DNA from: an uncultured Anaerolineales bacterium
GTDB lineage: Bacteria > Chloroflexota > Anaerolineae > B4-G1 > SLSP01
Reading direction: 5' to 3'
NCBI GenBank assembly: GCA_964437445.1
Contig: CAYTGR010000013.1
Location: 17,786-81,785, forward strand
DNA: 64,000 bases
Shown: positions 55,104 through 64,000 of the stretch, piece by piece
Numbering within the stretch: the first letter of the stretch is position 1
Layout of the letters: each line of letters opens with the position of its first letter
Made by a program: the position numbers and the translations under genes
Notes under the pieces: model-generated
Told to the model about the DNA's origin: nothing
The model's input: the letters and a program-made list of their open reading frames with translations, nothing else
Databases searched by the model: none

Positions 55104-55168
55104 GTAGTTTGTAGTGACGCGCTTTAGCGCGGCAAAACGGCACTGAGGCGCCTCACTACTACAAACAG
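55104..55168. repeat. Family A palindromic repeat, copy 2
   Basis: GTAGTTTGTAGTGACGCGCTTTAGCGCGGCAAAACGGCACTGAGGCGCCTCACTACTACAAAC. Lies in the divergent region between the helicase and GH13 genes. Confidence 0.6.
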
Positions 55169-55226
55169 AGCGCTATGTTCAAGGGAGGAGATTTCATCCT
55201 TTTACCTTCATCCTTCATCCTTTTTT

Positions 55227-55322
55227 CAAATGTGAGCGGTGAGCAGGAAACAGGAACTGCTACTTGCTGCTCTCTGCTCTCTGCTCTCTGCTCACTTCTT
55301 AACTGGTTTCTATTTTCAAGGG
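55227..55322 (+). repeat. Family B conserved leader element, copy 2, about 58 nt upstream of the GH13 start
   Basis: Near-identical to 13191..13285. Lacks the TGTGAGC duplication but has (CTGCTCT)4 versus 2 in copy 1. Followed by (TGCAACGC)3 at about 55335..55358 and a GGAGG RBS. Confidence 0.65.
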
Positions 55323-55379
55323 ATGAGATTCTGCTGCAACGCTGCAACGCTGCAACGCTTTTTTACTGGGAGGTATACC

Positions 55380-57071
55380 ATGAAACGCTTATCGCTGCTG
55401 GTTCTCTTGGGGGTTCTGACCGCTTGTGTGACCCCGACAACACCGGCTACACCGGCGCCCACCACGCCGCCGCCCGCACCGACCACCGCGGTGCCAACGG
55501 CGACGCTTACGCCGTCTCCCTCCACCGGCTGGTGGAACGACGCGGTCTTCTACGAAGTCTTTGTCCGCAGTTTTTACGATAGCAATGGCGATGGCATCGG
55601 TGATCTTCAGGGGCTGATCGCCAAACTGGATTATCTTAACGATGGCGATCCGCAGACCGACACCGATCTCGGCGTCACGGCGCTCTGGTTGATGCCGATC
55701 ATGGAGTCGCCCAGTTATCACGGCTACGATGTGGTGGATTACTACACCGTGGAACAGGACTACGGGACGAACGAGGATTTCAAGCAGCTGATCGCCGAGG
55801 CGCACCAACGGGGTATCCAGGTGATCGTGGACCTGGTCATCAACCACACCTCCAGCCAGAACCCCTGGTTCCTGGAAAGCGCGCGCGACCCCAACTCGCC
55901 CAAACGGGATTGGTACATTTGGAACCAGCAGGACCTCCAATTCCTTGGCCCCTGGAAGCAGGATGTCTGGTATGAGAAGAACGGCGCTTATTACTATGCG
56001 GTCTTCTGGTCGGAGATGCCCGATTTGAACTACCAGACGCCGGCTGTGACTAAGCAGATTTACGATGTGGCCCGCTACTGGCTCCAGGAGATGGATGCCG
56101 ACGGCTTCCGCATGGACGCGGTGCGCTACCTGGTGGAGGAGAATCTGCTGGAGAAGAATCGCCTGTTAGCCAGCAGCCCGGCCAATCTCCGGTGGCTCCA
56201 GGAGTTCCGGGACTATTGCGCCACGGTGGACCCAGAGGCGCTGACCATCGGCGAGGTCTGGACCGACACGCCCGAAGCCTCCCGTTACGTCAAGCAGGGG
56301 GCGCAAGACCTGGTCTTTGAGTTTGATCTGGCCGAGGATCTGTTGAGCAGCGTGATGATCGGCTCGCCCGGCAAGTTCCAGGCCACCCGCCAGGAGGTGC
56401 TGGCGAGCTATCCGCCGGGACAGTACGGCACTTTCCTGACCAACCACGATCAGAACCGCGTCATGAATGTGCTCCAGGGAGATCAGGACAAGGCCAAACT
56501 GGCCGCGGCGGCCTTGTTGACGCTCCCCGGTGTCCCCTTTATCTACTACGGCGAGGAGATCGGCATGGTGGGAGCCAAGCCCGATGAGCAGATCCGCACG
56601 CCGTTCCAGTGGTCAGCGGAGCCAGCGGCCGGCTTCACCACGGGGATGCCGTGGCAACCGGTCAACGCTGATTACGTTACCGTCAATGTGGCCGTGCAAC
56701 AGAAGGACCCGAATTCGTTGCTCAACACCTACCGCCAGCTGATCCACCTGCGGCAGGCGCACGCAGCCTTGCGCACCGGCTCGTTCACGGCGCTGAACAG
56801 CAGCAGCGGCCTGGTGGATGCCTTCCTGCGGGAGCAAGGGGACGACCGCCTGCTGGTGGCGCTCAATTTTGACGGGCAGCGCCAGGAGGGGGTGACGCTG
56901 TCGCTTGCGGGCGGCCCGCTGCCGGCCGGCACCTATGCCGTCACCAACGCGCTGACCGGCGCCGACCTGCCCGCGCTCAAAGTAGGCGAGGGAGGGCAGC
57001 TCAACGGCTACCGGCTGCCGCCTTTGGCTCCCCGCCAGGCGCTGATCGTGCTGCTGCGGCGGGTCTTCTGA
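55380..57071 (+). CDS. GH13 alpha-amylase-family lipoprotein (oligo-1,6-glucosidase/trehalose-synthase-like subfamily)
   Basis: Lipobox LLGVLTAC plus PT linker. Regions I-IV present: DLVINH, GFRMDAVRYL, EVWT, LTNHDQNR. Start at MKRLS (55380). Confidence 0.9.
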   Translation: MKRLSLLVLLGVLTACVTPTTPATPAPTTPPPAPTTAVPTATLTPSPSTGWWNDAVFYEVFVRSFYDSNGDGIGDLQGLIAKLDYLNDGDPQTDTDLGVTALWLMPIMESPSYHGYDVVDYYTVEQDYGTNEDFKQLIAEAHQRGIQVIVDLVINHTSSQNPWFLESARDPNSPKRDWYIWNQQDLQFLGPWKQDVWYEKNGAYYYAVFWSEMPDLNYQTPAVTKQIYDVARYWLQEMDADGFRMDAVRYLVEENLLEKNRLLASSPANLRWLQEFRDYCATVDPEALTIGEVWTDTPEASRYVKQGAQDLVFEFDLAEDLLSSVMIGSPGKFQATRQEVLASYPPGQYGTFLTNHDQNRVMNVLQGDQDKAKLAAAALLTLPGVPFIYYGEEIGMVGAKPDEQIRTPFQWSAEPAAGFTTGMPWQPVNADYVTVNVAVQQKDPNSLLNTYRQLIHLRQAHAALRTGSFTALNSSSGLVDAFLREQGDDRLLVALNFDGQRQEGVTLSLAGGPLPAGTYAVTNALTGADLPALKVGEGGQLNGYRLPPLAPRQALIVLLRRVF

Positions 57072-57074
57072 GCT

Positions 57075-57160
57075 GGACCACGGACAACAGACCACAGACC
57101 ACAGACCACGGACAACAGACCACGGACCACCCGTGATGGAGTGTGGTCCGTGGTCTGACC
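57075..57160. repeat. Family C heptamer-based palindrome, copy 2
   Basis: GACCACGGACAACAGACCACAGACCACAGACCACGGACAACAGACCACGGACCAC-loop-GTGGTCCGTGGTCTG. Lies between convergent GH13 and H+-PPase genes. Confidence 0.6.
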
Positions 57161-57250
57161 TGTCGGGAGTCAGGCGCTTGAGCGCTATCCCACCCGCTGA
57201 AGCGCGTTACAACAAACTGTTATCGGCTGTCTGTCGTCCGTGGTCGGTGG

Positions 57251-59314
<2,064 letters not shown>

Positions 59315-59422
59315 AGAATTCCCTTTCTAAGATAACAATCTTTCATAATCTTTCCTGCATTCGCAAAACAGCGAACCGGCGGGGCCGATTCGCTGAACGG
59401 TCACCAGGTACGGGTTACATAC

Positions 59423-60229
59423 TTACATGTTGGCCGAGCGCCACCAGGCGTAGTGGTTGGCGCGCAGATCGTCTTGTGAGGGCATCGGGAACCAGATCAG
59501 GTCCTCATAGTTGCCCACGTAGAATCCCCCCTTGATGGTACGGTACGGGAAAGTGGCCGGATTAGCGCGGTCCACCATCTTGGAGTTGACCGTCTTGGTC
59601 TTCAAATCCAGCAAGCATTCCCGCAGGTGATCAATGTTGGAGTAGGGCAGATTGCCCACCGCGCCGAACTCCGGGTCCAGGGCCAGCTCGCCCAGTTGCA
59701 GCTCCACAAAGGCGACTGCCGGCAACGTCAGCAACGTGGTGGGGTTCTTGCCGATCAGGTCGTGGAAGGCGCAGGGACCCAGGCTGCTGACTACCAGCGG
59801 CGTCACGGGCACCAGCTCTTTGTAGAGGTGCAGTCCTAACGTATCGGCCGGGCACTCCCACTTGGGATCCAGCCCTAATACGCGCCCATCAGAGGTCGCC
59901 AGGTAAAGCTTTTGCAGCGCCTTGAGATCAAGGTGCTCCAGCACCCGGTAGACGGAGATGTAGATGGAACGCTTGGGGCTGCCATCTTCATGCGGGACGC
60001 AGCGACGGATCCCCTCATCTATCTGGAAATATTCATGCCGGAAAGAGGGGTCCACTTCCACAAAAATAGCCTGCCCACGGGACTTTTTCTTGGTGCCGGT
60101 GGCGTAATAAACGCCGAATTCCTCCGGGGACAACATGGAAGCAATGAGCGCTTCGGGGATCATAGAAAAGTACAGATGTACAGCCATAAGGCACTCCTTT
60201 CTGGTTAGCTTCTGGCAAACAGGATCCAA
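59423..60229 (-). CDS. Hypothetical cytoplasmic protein
   Basis: 268-aa ORF with protein-like composition but no motif I recognise. Confidence 0.4.
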   Translation of the reverse strand: MDPVCQKLTRKECLMAVHLYFSMIPEALIASMLSPEEFGVYYATGTKKKSRGQAIFVEVDPSFRHEYFQIDEGIRRCVPHEDGSPKRSIYISVYRVLEHLDLKALQKLYLATSDGRVLGLDPKWECPADTLGLHLYKELVPVTPLVVSSLGPCAFHDLIGKNPTTLLTLPAVAFVELQLGELALDPEFGAVGNLPYSNIDHLRECLLDLKTKTVNSKMVDRANPATFPYRTIKGGFYVGNYEDLIWFPMPSQDDLRANHYAWWRSANM

Positions 60230-60353
60230 ATCTCAGGCATTATAACGCATTTTGCGATAATTCCAAGCGAGCGCCAGGGCGGGCCTCCTGCCGGCGTTTG
60301 CGGCGCTTGTTTTCTATGCTATATTGTGCCCTGGCGCTGCTATTTACGAAGAT

Positions 60354-60412
60354 AGGTTTGTCGTGCGGCGCTTTAGCGCGGTCAAGACGGCGTTAAAGCG
60401 CCGCACTACGAA
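60354..60412. repeat. Family A palindromic repeat, copy 3 (best-formed hairpin)
   Basis: GTGCGGCGCTTTAGCGC-GGTCAAGACG-GCGTTAAAGCGCCGCAC gives a 16/17-bp stem, flanked by GGTTTGTC and TACGAACA as in the other copies. Confidence 0.6.
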
Positions 60413-60432
60413 CAATTACCGGGAGGTTAACG

Positions 60433-61127
60433 ATGAGGTATTTATCCGTTCTCTGTGCGTTGACCTTTACTATTCTTATCCTTTCGGCTTGTGGGCCATC
60501 TCAACCCGGCTCCCCCACGGTCTCGCCGACTACACCGCCGGTTTCGCCTACGGCCACGGCTATGCCGCCTACACCGACTCCTACGCCGCCTCCGCCGCCC
60601 CCCACGCCAACCGCCACAGCGGTCATCCCTTCTCCCACACCTTCTCCCACGCCGTTTACCACCTCAGGCTGGTCTACCACTGCCTCAACCCGCACCGAGT
60701 TGAGTTTTGCTTTCCCCGGCCACTGGGATGGGTCTTCTCCGCTTACCTTTGGCGAGGGTGAATTCGTCAAAGACCCCAAGCAAGCGATAGGGGTGACGTT
60801 CCAAATCAAGCTGAGCGGGCGGCCGGCGGCGCTTTTAAATGCCTGGGGGGCTAAGACCGTTGGTATCGTGGGCATCGTCACCTTTGCCCCGGAATCCGTG
60901 ACCGATGGCCCTGCGGTTACTATTGCGCGCCTGGAGGTGCCGACGAAAATCGCGCAAGGGAATGGGATGACGGCTCAGGTGGCCTATGTTCAGCTGAGGT
61001 GGCTTTTGTGCCGAACAAGAACCGGGTGCTGGAATTCATCACTTATGCGCCCTCGGCCACCTGGACTGAGGCCAATCAGGTGGCTTTCAGACATTTGTTG
61101 GGCCTGATGATAGACATCCGGCCGTAG
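60433..61127 (+). pseudogene. Pro/Thr-linker lipoprotein gene interrupted by an apparent -1 frameshift at about 60994 (20-bp imperfect tandem duplication)
   Basis: Frame 1 reads lipobox LILSAC, a PT-rich linker, ..MTAQVAYV, then junk to 61107. Frame 0 from about 60993 reads AEVAFVPNKNRVLEFITYAPSATWTEANQVAFRHLLGLMIDIRP* (stop 61125..61127). GCTCAGGTGGCCTATGTTCA and GCTGAGGTGGCTTTTGTGCC are adjacent. Confidence 0.5.
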
Positions 61128-61240
61128 CTTGTTAAGGGGCGGCTGGGGATTGACGCAGACGCCGCTATTTTTCACCGCCGAGGCTGCCGAGAAGCCATGC
61201 ATGACTCTGCACCCTCTGTGTTCTCGGCGGTACAATTCAG

Positions 61241-62659
61241 GTGGTGACTATGACGGAACGAGAGGTGGCACAACCGGCGGTAATGGAGCTCCCCGCCGTT
61301 CATAAAGGCTGGCTGCTGGTGGTGGTGGGGATAGCCACCTTTATGACCGCGCTGGATGGCAGTGTGGTCAACACGATTGTGCCGGTCATCCAGCGGGTCT
61401 TTGGCGTGTCTGAAGCGGCTATCCAATGGGTGGTGACGACTTACCTGCTGGTGGTGAGCGGCTTACTGCTGAGCTTTGGGCGGTTGGGCGATCTGCGGGG
61501 GCATCGGGCCATCTATCTGACCGGATTTGGCATTTTTGTCCTCGGCTCGGCGCTCTGCGGCCTGGCGCCGACGTTGACGGTATTGGTGGCAGCGCGCGCG
61601 CTCCAGGCGCTGGGGGCCGCCATGCTCGCGGCCAATGCGCCGGCGATCCTGACCCGCTCTTTCCCGGCGGCCCAGCGGGGACAGGCTTTGGGGCTGGCGG
61701 CGACTATGACCTACCTGGGGCTGACGGTGGGGCCTTCCCTGGGAGGCTGGTTGGCGCGCGCCTATGGCTGGCGGGCCGTCTTTTATATCAATCTGCCGGT
61801 AGGGGCGGTAGCCCTGATCCTGGGCCGGCTGTTCATTCCCCACGACGAGGGGGCTGAGCGACCGGAGTCGTTTGATCTGACCGGCGCTGTGCTCTTCACC
61901 GTGGGGCTGGTAACGCTGCTTTTGGGGCTGAATCGCGGTTCGGCCTGGGGGTGGGGCTCGCCCCGTGTCCTGGGATTGTTGGGCCTGGCGCTGGTGCTGC
62001 TGGCGGCCTTTCTGGTGGTGGAGCGCCGCGTGGCCCAGCCGATGCTGGATCTGAGCCTCTTTCGGCGCTGGCTTTTTTCCGCTGCGGCCTTCAGCGCGGT
62101 ATTGAATTACATTTGCACGTACACGGTGATTTTTCTGTTGCCGTTTTACCTGATCCGGGGGCGCGGGCTGGATTCGGCGGAAGCCGGACTGGTGCTCACC
62201 GCGCAGCCGCTGGTGATGGCGCTGGTAGCGCCGCTCAGCGGGACCCTTTCCGACCGGATCGGCTCGCGGTTGCCGGCGACGTTGGGGATGAGCGTGCTGG
62301 CGCTGGGACTTTTCCTGCTGGCGCGCCTGACGCCCACCACGCCGCTGCCTGGCGTGATGGCCCGCCTGGCCGTGACCGGGTTGGGGTTGGGGCTGTTTGT
62401 CTCGCCGAACAACAGCGCCTTGATGGGGGCTGCGCCGCGCCACCGCCAGGGGATCGCCGCCGGGATTCTGGCCACCGCCCGCAGCGTCGGGATGGTGTTG
62501 GGCGTGGGACTGGCGGGCGCGATTTTCACGACCGTGCTCACGCGCGGGGAAGCGGCCGGCTCGCTCACGGCGCTCCTTGACGGGGTAGCGGCCAGTTTCA
62601 CCGTCGCAGCCGGGATTGCGCTCCTGGGGGCCGTGATCTCGGTCGTGCGCGGCAGGTAG
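61241..62659 (+). CDS. MFS transporter, 14-TMS DHA2-type drug:H+ antiporter family
   Basis: 472 aa. Motif A-like GRLGDLRGHR between TM2 and TM3. 14 predicted helices. Confidence 0.85.
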   Translation: MVTMTEREVAQPAVMELPAVHKGWLLVVVGIATFMTALDGSVVNTIVPVIQRVFGVSEAAIQWVVTTYLLVVSGLLLSFGRLGDLRGHRAIYLTGFGIFVLGSALCGLAPTLTVLVAARALQALGAAMLAANAPAILTRSFPAAQRGQALGLAATMTYLGLTVGPSLGGWLARAYGWRAVFYINLPVGAVALILGRLFIPHDEGAERPESFDLTGAVLFTVGLVTLLLGLNRGSAWGWGSPRVLGLLGLALVLLAAFLVVERRVAQPMLDLSLFRRWLFSAAAFSAVLNYICTYTVIFLLPFYLIRGRGLDSAEAGLVLTAQPLVMALVAPLSGTLSDRIGSRLPATLGMSVLALGLFLLARLTPTTPLPGVMARLAVTGLGLGLFVSPNNSALMGAAPRHRQGIAAGILATARSVGMVLGVGLAGAIFTTVLTRGEAAGSLTALLDGVAASFTVAAGIALLGAVISVVRGR

Positions 62660-62671
62660 GCTACCTTCGTG

Positions 62672-64000
62672 ATGCATGATTTAAAACGCTCTCCATACGC
62701 GATTTACGTGGTGCTCGTGCCGTTGCTGGTGGGGATAGGGCTCGCCGGCTACGGCTGGTTCTCCCAGCGAACGGTGGCCCCGGCGGCAACGGTCGTCGCG
62801 GTGACGCCAACGCCGGCCGCCCATCCTACCTTCCGCCCGCAATTCCAGGCCGCGCCGATCACGCCGACGCCGTTACCCACGCGCCAACCTCCACCTGTGC
62901 CCACTACCACTTACACCGTTCGCGCCGGCGATACGCTCTCCGGCATTGCCGGGGCGGTGGGTGTCCCCGTAGAGGAGCTGATCCGGCTGAATAACCTGAC
63001 CGACCCCGATCATTTGCTGGCAGGGCAGGTGTTACAGTTGCCGATCCAGACACCGCTGAGCGGCTCTGGTGTCTTGCTCATCCCCGATAGCGAGCTGGTC
63101 TACGGACCGGGTTATGCCGGCTTTGACGTAGCCGCTTTTACCGCTTCTTACCCCGGTTACTTCAACCAATACACCGAAGAGCTCAACGGGCGCACCTATA
63201 CTGCTGCTGAGCTGGTAGAGCTGGTGGCGCTTCAGTACAGTGTTGGCCCGCGGGTGTTGCTGGCCTTGCTGGAACTGCGCAGCGGCTGGCTCAGCAACCC
63301 CGATCCGGCCCCTGAAGCCCGGCTGTATCCGCTGGGGTATCACCAGGAAGATTGGCAGGGGCTGGCGGTGCAGCTGAACATCGCCGCTAATCAGCTCAAC
63401 GCTGGGTTCTACGGCTGGCAGCGCGGGACGCTCTGGACGTTACGGCTGAGCGACGGGCAGTATATCCAGCTGGCGCCGACCCTCAATGCCGGGACGGTGG
63501 GAGTCCAGCGGGCGCTGGCCTGGCAGACCGATACGGCGACCTGGACGCGCCAGGTCTCAGCCGCCGGGTTCCTGGCCGTCTACCGGCAGCTCTTCGGCGA
63601 TCCCTTTGCCTATGCCGTGGAGCCACTGTTGCCCACTAATTTGCACCAGCCGTCCTTCAACCTGCCCTGGGAACGGGGCACGACCTGGTATTTCACCGGC
63701 GGCCCGCATGGGGGGTGGGGGACGGGCAGCGCCTGGGCCGCGCTGGATTTCGTCACCGACGAGCAGCAGATCGGCTGCCAGGTCAGTACCCAGTGGGTAG
63801 CGGCGGCTGCCCCTGGACAGATCATTTTCAGTGACGACGGCATGGTGTTGGAGGACGTAGACGACGACGGCTTTGCCGGGACCGGGTGGGTGTTGCTCTA
63901 CCTGCACGTCGCCGCGCGCGACCGGGTGCCGGTGGGCAGCTGGCTGCGGGCGGGCGACCGGATCGGCCATCCCTCCTGTGAAGGGGGCGTGGCGGAGGCG
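62672..64000 (+). CDS. LysM-domain M23 metallopeptidase, 3'-partial (runs off the window end)
   Basis: N-terminal TM, PT linker, LysM (YTVRAGDTLSGIAGAVGVPVEELIRLNNL..GQVLQLP). M23 motifs near the end (LYLHVAARDRV..GDRIGHPSCEGG). No stop before 64000. Confidence 0.65.
   Translation, partial: MHDLKRSPYAIYVVLVPLLVGIGLAGYGWFSQRTVAPAATVVAVTPTPAAHPTFRPQFQAAPITPTPLPTRQPPPVPTTTYTVRAGDTLSGIAGAVGVPVEELIRLNNLTDPDHLLAGQVLQLPIQTPLSGSGVLLIPDSELVYGPGYAGFDVAAFTASYPGYFNQYTEELNGRTYTAAELVELVALQYSVGPRVLLALLELRSGWLSNPDPAPEARLYPLGYHQEDWQGLAVQLNIAANQLNAGFYGWQRGTLWTLRLSDGQYIQLAPTLNAGTVGVQRALAWQTDTATWTRQVSAAGFLAVYRQLFGDPFAYAVEPLLPTNLHQPSFNLPWERGTTWYFTGGPHGGWGTGSAWAALDFVTDEQQIGCQVSTQWVAAAAPGQIIFSDDGMVLEDVDDDGFAGTGWVLLYLHVAARDRVPVGSWLRAGDRIGHPSCEGGVAEA

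Noticed and set aside
55239-55379. ORF-track N-terminal extension of the GH13 gene (MSRKQELLLAALCS...).
   Set aside because: The extension reads through the family B element and the (TGCAACGC)3 repeat. A GGAGG RBS and a lipoprotein signal peptide start at 55380.

Overview
This is a 64-kb, high-GC bacterial chromosomal window (about 65% GC). Recurrent Pro/Thr-rich lipoprotein linkers and many TadE-like N-terminal domains suggest a Chloroflexota-like monoderm; that is inference. I found no rRNA, tRNA, CRISPR array, IS element or prophage. About 50 CDS can be supported.

Gene content, from start to end:
- A six-gene minus-strand carbohydrate-uptake operon (861..8107): a lipoprotein esterase, a sugar-ABC binding protein, ATPase and permease, a cytoplasmic esterase paralog, and an anion permease. 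It is divergent from a LysR regulator whose promoter carries a 15-bp palindromic LysR box.
- A membrane-anchored clostripain-like (C11) peptidase and an Eis-like GNAT.
- A CHASE4-PAS-GAF sensor kinase with an OmpR-type response regulator, immediately upstream of a cluster of TadE/TadG-like (pseudopilin N-domain) proteins fused to adhesin-type domains.
- A PHP-phosphoesterase/PKD-repeat secreted protein that contains a 100%-identical 288-bp tandem duplication.
- A Cthe_2159-like beta-helix lipoprotein, DUF4956 and VTC-domain operon.
- A DUF2089/DUF4097 pair.
- A MarR regulator followed by three ABC exporters.
- Phosphomannomutase, TrmO, GyrI/AraC regulators, ASCH, and a pyruvate kinase lacking its C-terminal domain.
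- A 1067-aa DEAH-type helicase with a transmembrane C-terminal module.
- A GH13 alpha-amylase-family lipoprotein, a K+-independent-type H+-pyrophosphatase, an MFS transporter, and a partial LysM-M23 peptidase.

The most unusual signals:
1. Four unrelated secreted proteins end in a conserved extreme C-terminal tail, [YFL][LV]PLV[LQ][RA]xx-COOH. This may be a sorting or anchoring tag; the clan-CD C11 peptidase is a candidate processing enzyme.
2. Three families of small dispersed intergenic repeats:
   - A: a GCGCTTTAGCGC-core hairpin at 3 sites.
   - B: a ~95-nt conserved leader with a lacO-like TGTGAGCGG, sitting directly upstream of two unrelated start codons.
   - C: GACCACR heptamer-based long palindromes at 2 sites.
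3. A lipoprotein gene broken by a 20-bp imperfect tandem duplication that shifts the reading frame.

Many long antisense ORFs in the six-frame track are GC-rich shadow ORFs and were not called. My hand-counted coordinates for small non-coding features may be off by 1 nt in places.
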